NCBI RefSeq assembly: GCF_006345805.1
Contig: NC_043006.1
Coordinates: 71,362,001 to 71,426,000, forward strand
Source: Octopus sinensis
Lineage: Eukaryota
Length of the DNA stretch: 64,000 bases
Reading direction: 5' to 3'
The translations under genes were made by a program, and so were the position numbers. The notes beneath the pieces are model-generated. The model was not told the origin of the DNA, did not search any database, and saw only the letters and a list, made by a program, of their open reading frames with translations. Position 1 is the stretch's first letter. Each line of letters opens with the position of its first letter. Shown one piece after another: positions 52,908 through 64,000 of the stretch.

Positions 52908-53337
52908 TTATCTCATAAATAATATGGTTTTTTTCAATTGCATGAACTAAAAGTTGGGGGGGGGGGACTACCTGCAACTTGCTACAAAACCAGATAGTAA
53001 TTTTACCTTTACCTTATTCTTAGTGCAAGTGTTGAAGAGTGCTTGATTTTAACAGTTATTTTTTCAAATACAGTTCTATATTTAAGTGATAAGGAATTAT
53101 GTACATTATTTACATTTGGAGACCACCTCTCGCTGTGGGATGAAGTTAAAATAATAGACAAAGAACATAGAGAAAATATGAAAACTAAAAGAAGCAGCAC
53201 ATATGCTAAGACACAACAATCTCCTAAGCAGACCAAGTGCAGATATGAGTAGCATATAGGAACCGGTATTAAGGAAGGATAGGAAAATATTAGATTTATA
53301 AGCCCTAAAACTTACTCCATAATTGTCCACAGGAATA

Positions 53338-53540
53338 TGGCATAGTGGTTAAGAGTGCGGGCTACTAACCACAAGACTGAGTTCAATTCTAGGCAGTGAC
53401 CTGAATAATAATATAAACCAAAAAAAAACCTCAGGAATGAGAACCCAGGTTCAAAATTTCCCCAACATACCTGATGAAGAGTGGAGGGTATACAATAAAC
53501 AAGATGAGAACAAATATCCATCAAATGTAAATAATGTATT
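53338..53540 (+). mobile_element. tRNA-headed SINE with partial hammerhead core
   Basis: A box TGGCATAGTGG (53338), B box GTTCAATTC (53381), CTGATGA at 53471, tail tcaaatgtaaataatgta. Confidence 0.6.
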
Positions 53541-53544
53541 TTTT

Positions 53545-54404
53545 CAAAGTTATAATGAAAGTGGCAAAGGAGCATATTTGGCATATTTTGCTTTATGAGT
53601 TCAATAAAGGCAACAATGCAATGGAAAGTGCAAGGAATATTAATGATGGGTATGGGGATCAGACAATAAGCATAAGCCAGTGTCAATGGTGGTCCCAGAA
53701 ATTCTGAGCTGGAAACTACAGCCCAGGTGACAAGATGTAGAGCTTAAAAAAGACGCCCTACAAACCCTGGTGGAACAAAATCCCATCGTATCTGTTGAGG
53801 AACTAGCAGAGAAGCTTGGATTTGGTCATTCAACTATTCATCAGGAAAGTCAGCAAATTGGGTCAATAGGTTCCTCACAAGCTTTCCAAGTCCAATCGTG
53901 TGCAGAGAGTGAATGTGTGCTCTTCCTTGCTGTCATGTGTCACAAATGAACCTTTTTTGGACCAAATAGTGATAGGTGATAAGAAAAGAGTTCTCTATAA
54001 AAATGTCAAGTGCCAAAGACTAGTTAGGGAAAGGAGAAACAGTTAGAGAAAGGAGCAAGTATGACATTCCAAAGGCTGGAACAGTTTGAATGGGAAACAA
54101 TGCTCCACCCACCATATTTGCCGGACATTGCCCCATCTGATTATCATCTATTCCACAATCTTCAAAATCATTTGGACAGAAAAAATATGAATTCTGTAGA
54201 CAAGGTGAGAATAGTACTGGAGGAGTATTTTTCGTCACAGACAAGTGAATTTTGAAAGAGGGGCCTTGCAAGTCTACCAGATAGATGGAAGAGCATTGTA
54301 GAAAATGAAGGAGAGTATATTTTAGATTAAAAAAGAACTTCGTTTATCTTAATTTTGAAAAATAAAAGTTAAAAAAACCTCATTATTTAAGGGATGACAC
54401 AATA
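53545..54404 (+). mobile_element. mariner transposon remnant
   Basis: N-terminal EHIWHILLYEFNKGNNA, C-terminal HPPYLPDIAPSDYHLF, 3' TIR-like cattatttaagggatgacacaata. Confidence 0.8.
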
Positions 54405-54467
54405 TATATATGTGTGTGTGTGTGTGTGTATATATACATATATATATATACATACATATATATTTTT

Positions 54468-54697
54468 ATAATATTTTATAAGCTTAAAGCTTGTAAGCGA
54501 TCACTGTGCATTGACTGAATTAAGTAGTCTAATATTGGGGCATATAAATCTTTGACAGAAAAAAGGGGTTTGCTATGCCATGCATATGGCAAACCCTACT
54601 TTTTTTCCATTGAGGCTTTATATACCTCAATATTAGACTATTTACCTTAGTCAATGCATAGTGATTGCTTATAAGATTTAAGATCATAAAATATTAT
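54468..54697. repeat. Long imperfect palindrome/foldback (~230 bp)
   Basis: ataatattttat...gcattgact...tagtctaatattg...gggtttgc / gcaaaccc...caatattagacta...agtcaatgc...ataaaatattat. Confidence 0.85.
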
Positions 54698-54851
54698 TAT
54701 TATTATTATTTACAGATTGTAAAATTTGGCACCACTTCCTAAATAATCACTGAAAACAAACATGGAAAGTTTGTTTACAAAAACAACATGTATATATTCA
54801 GTCTGCTATAATGAATTCATAAACACATAAAACATTCAAGGGTATATTTTT

Positions 54852-54940
54852 TCCCCTCTGAAGATATTATACTCAGGCTATATAAATTTAATATTTTCTC
54901 AATATTTACTGAGTATTAATTGAAACAGCTGTAAAGGATG
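54852..54940 (+). ncRNA. Minimal type I hammerhead-like motif, partly decayed
   Basis: CTGAAGA (54858) t att atactcag ... ctgagtat t aat t GAAAC AGCT GTA (54922-54933); palindromic stem III; weak stem I. Confidence 0.6.
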
Positions 54941-57900
54941 ATGATTAATTTGCTGTTAATAATAAACAATTATTAACTTCCTAATTTCCCTTTTTCTTCT
55001 TCTTATATACCCCGCCTCCCAGAACAGAGTACTTGTACAGCGATGCTGCAAGCAACACATCTCATTGTTGTGTCTGAGGTTAGGCTGGAACTGTCCAGCT
55101 TCAGATACATATTACAGTGGATCTGTCACCCAGTCAAGTGATTAAAAGAGGAGGAAATGGAATAGCAACACCAATAATGTTTTTGTTATTTAATTTCAAT
55201 TTGCTCTGATTGAGCTCAAATATTACCAACAACTAGTTTTCTTATTTCCAGGACATGGTTCACATAGGAGAAGTAAGAAATTATCTTATTCAGTCTTTTT
55301 TTAAGACATGCCCTGCCACAGCGCCTGCAGTTATGTACACAATGTCATTACACAGAACCATCCCAACAGAAAATGGTTAGCAGAACTATTGGTTCAGTCT
55401 GTAAAATTTCAAGCGGTAGTAATTTTTCCAAGTATGAAGTAATTTTGACATTCGATATTTTGAAACAACAAAGAAGCACAGACATGGTTGTGTGGGAGAA
55501 GTTTGCTTCCCAGCCAACAGGATTTGGGTTCAGTCTCACTGCACAACACATTGGGTAAGTGTCTCCTGCTATAATCCCTGACCAACCAAAACTTTGATTG
55601 GATTCAGTAGGTGGAAACTGAAAGAAGCTCCCATATCCCATACCTTGAGATATATATGTGTGTGTGTGTGTGTATGTGTGAATGTTTGTGTGTGTGTGTG
55701 TGAATATTTGTCTGTGTAAGTGTGTATGTATGTATATATATATATATATATATATGAATGTGCATGTGTTACTATCTCCTTGTCTTGATATGATGTAATA
55801 GGCATAAATGTCATTGTCATACAACTGGTGCCCTTTGTCGCCAGTCTTCTGTGAAAACCATGTCTGGCCATGGGGAAATATTGCCTTACTTCGAAACAGG
55901 CAAAGGTTGGCAACAGGAAGGGCATCCACCCATAGATAATCCACCTCAGTGAATTACATCGGACTTGTGCAAGCATTGGAATGATGATGATGATATAAAA
56001 TCAAGATAATTAATCGGGTCCTGAATTCCAGCTGAACACTGAAATATGTGACAGTGGTGGTGATGAGGGTAATGGAAGAAGTGAAAAAACAAGAAAATGA
56101 TCAAATGATAGCCATCTTTTGAGGTTTGAAGAATTAACACTGAATACAAGGTTAATTTGAGTGGGGTGTTGATGGTGATGATGGGAATACTGTCCCGTCC
56201 CATACTCCCTCCTCCCCATGTTCCCCATCATTCACAAATAAATAGATAAATATCAAGAATCAAGAAATCAGGAATGCAACATGCATCCAAACTCATACAA
56301 CTGTGTGCAACATCACAACATCAGTAGCAGTTGATGTTGCAAGGAAGCTTCTTTGTACGTTTGAGATATTGAGACAATAGCTGATCAGCATGCTCAAAAG
56401 ATGGAAGTTCATTTTGCAAACCCAGCAGGTTTTTTTTTTTACCATTTGTTTTCTGTTTTTAACGTGCTGTTCATTACCAAACAAAAGATGGTCTTGAAAA
56501 AGAGAACAAGTAAACAAGCACACACACACACACGCAGCATAGACTGACAATTTACCTACCGAGTTAAGATGCCAATATCTGGTAGGGATTCACTTACGAA
56601 AAATAAAATAGGAGAGGGGGTAAATGAGGCAATCACCCCTAAAGATGGCCAGCATCACCACTGAAAAAAATATCCTGGCAAGCACTAGGAATGAAGAAGC
56701 AAGACAGATTGGAATAAGAGTTAGAAGGAGAAGAGAGGAGACTGAAGCAAGCTACACAACACCACAAGACAAAAGAAACACCAGGTTTTCTCATTTTATT
56801 TATTTAATTTTCCTCTCTTTTTTTTTAAGTATTTTTCTTTTTTTTGTTTGTTTTCCTCCTTTTTTAAAACATTCCAGCAAACGTTAGCGAGCAGCAAGCA
56901 TTGGAGGTGGGGGCAAGACAAGGTGGAAAAAGAGTTAGAATGGAAAGGAAAATATCAGGAAAAAGAACAACAAAAGCAAAGAAAAAGAAGAAATATTAAG
57001 AAAAAAAAAAACATGAGAATATTTTACAGATTCATGAAGGAAAAACCATTTCACTGAATATTTGAATAAATCACTGAAGAGAGAACTAAGGGTCTTTTTG
57101 GACAAGGAGGGGATGGGTTCTGCATATTTTGGATGTGAAGTGTAAGAAAGTATGTATGAGTGAGATAGTCTTCCTAAGTCTGGGTGATTATCAAAATAGA
57201 CTGAGGAACTACGAGGATGGCACACACTGCCTAGAGACTGATTCTGTGTTGCAATATTTAGTGCCATGAGACCAAAATCAAAAGTTGTTCTCATGATCAC
57301 CCAGACATAGAAAGACAATTCTATTCCTTCTCCTTACACATTCTTCTCTATTCTTCACATAATCCTACACTTCACACCCAACATATGATGATCCCCACCA
57401 AAGCAACCAAAGCCAAAAGTTTCCAGATGGGTATTGAAATATTTGAATAAAGAACTTCTTCAAATACTTGATTTGGAGTTGTAAAAAAACAACAAAAAAA
57501 ACAAAACAAATGGCACTAACATCAAAGAAGAAAAAGTCAGAAGAGAAGGTGGGGAGAGAAAATCCTAGGAAAAAAGCACCACCACTAGGCACCATAAAGA
57601 AAGAGGTGACACCAACATGAAGTATGTTTGAATACTAGATTTCAGGGGTAATAAAAAACAAACAAACAAAAAAAAGAAAAACAAGAATAATAGAGTACAA
57701 AGACAAAAATAATTGAGATAGAGATTCAATATGGCTGACCAACCTGCTAGAAATAATAAGCCAAATCTACCTTAAATCATACCCTATCATTTTAAAGAAA
57801 AGAAAGATAATATATGCAGCACCATCTTAACTAACATGACAATAGAAATGTATTAAGTCTGACAAGATGATGAACAAGATAGTCACTGCTGGAATGTACT

Positions 57901-58249
57901 TTGATCATATATCTACAAGAACAGAGCTGGCCAAGGACTAATCAACCACAATTTTATCTAAATCAATGTGGAATCAGAAGAATAAATCAAGATTCTTTGA
58001 TATGGCAACAAGACTTTGTAAGAGAGAGGATAAGAAAATTCAGACAACCCAGTTTATGTATTTTATCAACCCTGGTGAAGTGCAGGGCCAAGTTGACTGT
58101 GTGATTTGAACTGAGAATCTATCCAATTGTTAGTCTTGTTATCACACCATACATATATAACACTTTTGATCAACTGAAAATTAATCCTCTTCTAATAGCA
58201 CTCACTCTCTCACATACATAGTCTTGTCACAAGTAAACATAACAGTATC

Positions 58250-58470
58250 TATTTCTTTACTACCCACAAGGGGCTAAACACAGAGAGGACAAACAAGGAC
58301 AGACAAACGGATTAAGTCGATTATATCGACCCCAGTGCGTAACTAGTACTTATTTAATCGACCCCGAAAGGATGAAAGGCAAAGTCGACCTCGGCGGAAT
58401 TTGAACTCAGAATGTAGCCGCAGACGAAATGCCACTAAGCATTTCGCCCGGCGCGCTAACATTTCTGCCC
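58250..58470 (-). mobile_element. Young, CpG-rich copy of a second tRNA-derived SINE family (decayed copies at about 2520-2730, 2790-3000, 9420-9630, 15540-15720, 49800-50140)
   Basis: - strand ggcagaaatgttagcgcgccgggcgaaatgc...gagttcaaattccgccgaggtcgactttgcctttcatcctttcggggtcga; CpGs intact. Confidence 0.75.
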
Positions 58471-58769
58471 ATCGTCATATGGATGTAGGTCCAGAGAAAG
58501 AACATCAGGGATTTTATTAACCTTTTGAACCTGTAAATATACTTTATCTGGTACAATTTCATTTGACTATATTCCCCGGAAGGCATAAAAGAGAATCGTC
58601 TTATAGATTTGCGCTTACAGTTCACTAATTGGCAGAAACATCGTTATTTTCAGCTGTAAACACAAAAGCATAAAGTCATCCACTTTTTTTGTCTTCTAGG
58701 CATACTCACAAGTTTAAAGGGCTAAACTACTAAAAAATAACTAGTAACTAAAAAAATAACATTTTCTAA

Positions 58770-59060
58770 CCCTAAACACAACATTTACCTAACTTGTTAC
58801 TGAACACAACAACAACATTTATCTAACTTATGAAACAGAACATTACTTAACTTGTTACTAAACAGAACAACACTTACATAACCAGTTACTATACAGAACA
58901 ACACTTACATAACCAGTTACTATACAGAACAACACTTACCTAATTTATTACCAAATAGAACACTTACCTAACTTGTTACTAAACAACAACATTTATCTAA
59001 CTTGTTACTAAACAGAACAACATTTACCTAACCAGTTACTAAACACAACACGAACAACAC
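58770..59060. repeat. ~31-bp minisatellite
   Basis: Unit aacagaacaacacttacctaacttgttacta. Confidence 0.85.
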
Positions 59061-62000
59061 CAACTGATATGACAACTGACAGTTCAATGGTTCATCAGCT
59101 ATCGTTACCATTTCACTGCATCTTTGGACAATTCACTCAACCATCATTGGCTCAGACAATAGATACAGTTCATTATTATATTAAAAGGAAGCAGATGCAG
59201 TAATACGTCAGTAATATGTTTGTTAGCTTGCAATGTTAAGTGGAACTCCTGCTGGGAATAAAAAAAAAGCTAAAAAAGCAGAGTTTCCTCTCACTATAGG
59301 CATGAAAGAAAAGGTTGACTGAGGCCTTGACCAACAATGGGTCCTTATTTTAACTTGAAACTCAAAAGCAAAAAAAAAAAAAAAAGAAGAAAGAAAGAAA
59401 GAAAGAAAGAAGCAGAAATGATAAAGTAGATTTTGTTTGAAGATAAAGTATTCAACAATGATGTAAAGATGAGTGCAAAAGAGCAGTAGCATGGCTGAAT
59501 GATGGCACGGAAGGTACTATGATAAGAAAATGGAATGGGAAGTGTTATGGTTGAACAGTGAGTGTAAGGAAACAATCCTATGGCTGAAGAATGAATGAAA
59601 GAAGACAATTCTATTGTTGAACAATGTAATGGAACAGTGTTATGGTTGAATAATGGATATAAGAGTGCGATAGGTGAACAATGGATGTGAAGACACTATG
59701 CTATGATCCAACAAGGGGTATAAGGGGTCAATGCTAGTGCTGAAGAATGGATGTAAAGGGGTCAGCATTATAGTTGAACAATGTAAGCAGATAGCGTTAA
59801 GGCTCAATCTCAATTCTTTAATAATAAAACAATAACAAAATATTGGTGAAGTGAAGTCAATAAATCATAAAAAGGGACAAATTTAACCCTTTAGTATTCT
59901 GACTACCCTGTTGAGTGTAATGCTTGTTTATTCACATTGTTTTCAATTAATCATGCAGTTTCTCATAGATTCAATATTTGAATGACATAACTATTTTTTT
60001 AGAATCACATTGTGGGGTATGTGTGAGAGGCCAAGTCTGGCTGATTTGAATACAAAGCAGATAGGATATAACTGTTACCACTATTACTATTGTTATCACA
60101 ACAACAACTACTCATACCATAAGTACTGCTGCTACTAAAACAACAACAACCAGCATCACAACTACTGTAATCAATTTATGAACATCACTACTACTACTAC
60201 TACCATCACCACCAGTGACCAGAATGTTTCTATCACTAATACTTTCCATAGGATAATTTGAGGGAGATTTGGTTACTATTTCTAATTTTGTTGGTGTTCA
60301 ACACTGAACCAAAGGAGAGTGCAATCAAGAAAGATGATGAAGAGCTGGAATTCTTCATATACAAAGGAAGGATCTGATATTGTTCTGAATCTATGCCAAT
60401 CAGCATGGCAGCAGTCATTGAGGGAGATGGAGTAGCCTAAGGTGGCTTAAGTGCAACACTGATGTCCGGGGCTTACAACTTGCTATCGATCTGGACAAGA
60501 CTTGGAGCATGAGAAGAAATCATATACATTTTATTTCCAAGACGATTGCTACTGATGTTTAGCCCAAGGTCAATCTATGATCAAAGGCATTCCATCTGTG
60601 ACCACCATGCCACATATTCAAACACAGTGTACTTCTATTTGCTAGCTATTTCTAGAATATTGAGCAACCATGTAAAAGCTGTTTTAGTGAGGTGATTTTT
60701 TTTTGGGGGGGGGGGGTCACAATGCTGTAATAAATACATATGATGTTCTACCTTCAATACATCGATGTGCTTAAGGAGCATGCTTGACAACCACATGGTT
60801 TTGGGTTCAATTCTATTATGTAGTGCCTTGGGCAAGAGTCTTCTGTTATAGCTCCGAGCCAACCAATGCTTTGTGAGTGAATTTGGTAAATAGAAACTAT
60901 GTGGAAGCTTGTTTATATTCACAAACATATATCTCAATGTGTATGTGTTTTTGTGTCTGTATGTGTCACCCTACCACTTTGGCAAGAGAGGCTGACAGAA
61001 TAGGTACCAGACTTATAAAAAACAAAAAGTACACTCTTCAAGGCTGTGTCCCAGCATGGCCACAGACTGAAACAAGTTAGTTGATGTTTGCGAGAAAAAA
61101 TGTCAGCAGCGCTATTCTCAGAACTGACTAAAGTAATTGCAACATTTACTAAAAATATCTTTTAGACATCAAATTCTAAAAGGAAACAGTAAAAATGGTA
61201 AAGATGGATAAATAAGAGTTTAGCAAATATTTTGTTATGGTCACTCTATCATCATCATTTAGCATCTGCTTTCCATGCTGGCATGGGTTGGACAGTTTGA
61301 CAAACTAGCAAGCTGTAAAACTGCACCTAGTTCCAGTCTGATATGGCAAGGTTTCTACAGCTGGATGCCCTTCCTAATGCCAACCACTCCAAGATAGTAA
61401 TGGGTACTTTTTACACCATACCATTTTAAAAAAAGAAGTACACTGGATTTTGAGATAGACTTTGTCACATTCTTGGCTAATGAATCGTTCCTTTCTTTCT
61501 CCAAGTCTTTCCAATTACAACTGAAGGAGCACAAAGAGTAAAAAGAACAAAAATTAAAAAAAGAAAGGTTTGGAGAAGGGTTCCTCCCTGCTACAACATG
61601 AAGAACATGTAACAAGATTTGCTGGCTGTTCCAAATAAATGAATTTAGCATTCAAATTAAGGTGGTATAAATATGAATCATTTAAGAGGACATAAAATCA
61701 GAAATTCTGGTGAGATTATGAAACATCAGATTATACAGAAAACAAGGAAGTATTTTAGAAGAAATTGCCAGAAAAAAGAAGGCAATTCAAGATGTGTGTG
61801 TGTGCACACACACATGGACACAGCATGGCTGAAAGATTAAAAAGTTTGATTTGCAATTCATAAGAATCTTGGATTCTGTCCCACTGCATGGCATCTTGGG
61901 GAAAGTGTGTTTTCCCATCATCATGTGTTGATCCAAGACTTGTGAGTGAAATTTGAGAAATAAAAAACTATGTGGAAACACATCGGGTGGATTTGAAATA

Positions 62001-64000
62001 GTTGCATTTCAAAGGCACAGAATTGTAACAACACTGCCTTGCACTGTTTCTGCCCATGTGGAATATTCAGCTATTTACAAGCTAATTCAAAAAAAGAAGT
62101 TCAGTTGATCGAACAACTGAAAACTCAATGAAACTAATAGAAATCATTCACTTTTTGTTTTATGTATGTGTAAGCCTGTGTGTATATGAGTGTGTGTATT
62201 TGTATGAATGTGAATGTGTGCATATGTGATAAAAGTGAGGGCAGACAACTTAATGGTTAATGTATTTGGATCAAGATCGTAAGGTTGCAAGTTTGGTTCC
62301 CAGTGGAACACTGTGTCCTTGACCAAGACACTATTTTCCCATTGCTCCAGTCCACTCAACTGGCAAAAATGAGTTGCACCTATATTTCAACTGGTTATAT
62401 TTGGTGTGTCACACTGAATCTCCTTGAAAACTACATTCAGTGTACATGTGTCTGTGGAATGCTCAGCCACATGCATGTTAGTTTTCATGAGCAGGCTTCC
62501 CATTGATCAAATCACCTGGAACACTTGTCATAACCAACAGAGTGCCCAGCCCTGTGATAACAAAAGTGAGGTAGAAAGGTGGAAACAACCAAATATGTTA
62601 CAGAAGCCTCTACCTGATAACCCAGCTTGCTAGAAATAGCAATGAAATTCCCTCAGATCATCTCTTACTGTCTAAGAAAATAAGAATGGCCACGTTAGAT
62701 AATGTTGTCTTGGGTATATAAAAAGATAAGATGATCATGAGCAGGATATCTTGGACCATAGAGTTTGCTCGATTAGGGATGATCTGTGACTAAACAACAA
62801 CAACAACAGAGCCAGACAAGAAGGACAAGGGAAGAAATCAGATTTGTGAGTATTGGACCTTAAATGTGTGCAAAGCACAACAGAGATTTGTAAACCTCAA
62901 TAGCCAATGCCTGTATTAAAGAGATGGTGTTAAAAATCAATCACAAAAATACAAATGATATTTGGTAGAAAGAAACTTTACAAAAGATCATTATATGTGT
63001 GCAAATGTATGTGTGTGTATATAAGCTTGGCTGTGTGGTTAAGAACCTTGCTTCCTAACCACATGATTTCAGGTTCAGTCCCTTCAACTTGACAACATGG
63101 GCAAGTATCTTCAACTATAGCTTTGTGATTGGATTTGGAAGACAGAAACTGAAAGAAGCCAGTTGTGTGTGTGTGTGTATGTGTGTGTGTTGTTGTTGTT
63201 TCTTGTCTAGATGGCATGTGACAGTTGTAAACAAGTGTCTCCACTATATAAGCAGTATCCAACCCATGCTAGCATGGAAAGCGGACGCTAAACAATGATG
63301 ATGATGATGATGATGTCCTTAATTTCCAATCTTTCATGAAGATATGGCTAGCCAAGGGATAATGTTACTTTACATGGAAACAGGTGAAGATTGGCAAAAA
63401 GAGGGGCATCTAGCTGCAGAAAACCAGCTTCAACAAATTCTGTCCAACCCCTGCCAGCATGGAAAAAGTGGATGTTAAAATGATGATGATGATGATACCA
63501 AATGTAAAAAAAATAAAATAAAATAAAAGAGTTGTGTCAAACGCATAACTTAGCAGCAATCCAATAAAACAGAAACCCAGTAAAATATAAGAGCAAAGTG
63601 AAATACTGGAGTTGAAGGAAGTGCTCCAATATGGCCACTTTCCAACAACTTCAAACAGTAGAAGAGAATAATAATAATAAAGATTCATTTCATAAGGATG
63701 TTGTCTGAGAGTATAAAGAACCAAGTGTTGTTAACAATGAAAAATAATAAAAGTTACAACTAGATATAAAACACACCATTTTGCTACACTTCATACTGCC
63801 ATTTTATATACATCATATGCTCGACATGTCCCTCAGTAGGAACATGGGAGAGCACGCGCGCACACACTCTCTCTCCGTCTCTCGGAACTATATGAAAATA
63901 GTATTTAAGCACACATTAAATATACCACTCAATATAAAAATGAGTATAAAAGCCAGTTGACAAGACAGCAAGCACAAACTAACATAAAAGAGAAAAGGAC

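Noticed and set aside
53009-53304. Hydrophobic minus-strand frame as a transmembrane exon
   Set aside because: Its 3' half (aatgtaaataatgtacataattcc...) is the tail of the SINE family at 53338-53540, and the donor phase does not fit the downstream exon.
53338-53400. tRNA gene
   Set aside because: A and B boxes are present but no cloverleaf acceptor stem or terminator is evident; it continues into a repeat body, so it is a SINE head.
56935-57318. 127-aa minus-strand ORF
   Set aside because: No recognisable domain or clear splice sites, and it ends in low-complexity U-rich sequence; an alternative first exon cannot be excluded but is unsupported.

Overview
AT-rich, repeat-dense animal genomic DNA. 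The SINE, MITE and microsatellite complement looks like a coleoid cephalopod (Octopus-like); this is inferred from repeat families, not verified. Two convergent spliced genes are visible. On +, the 3' six coding exons of RBM45 (RRM3, RRM4, C-terminal KKQR NLS; 1436-10793) include a 67-nt exon missed by the ORF track. On -, the 3' part of an LRRFIP1/2-family coiled-coil gene has five C-terminal exons (35341-28519) and a Ser-rich upstream exon (41261-40935); its 5' end lies beyond the window. The rest is tRNA-derived and RTE-tailed SINEs, decayed Tc1/mariner, hAT, piggyBac-like MITE, Helitron and LINE fragments, foldbacks and ~30-bp minisatellites. The most striking unannotated signal is a set of minimal type I hammerhead ribozyme motifs (CUGANGA-stem II-GAAAC-palindrome-GUA) of the Penelope/retrozyme type. 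A nearly intact one sits at 17512-17606 (-) between the two genes' 3' ends. Related motifs carry different but always palindromic stem III loops (AUAU, AGCU, AAUU), and one occurs in an inverted pair. Two further, more decayed cores sit in a tRNA-headed SINE. Most ORFs in the supplied track are microsatellite or repeat artefacts.
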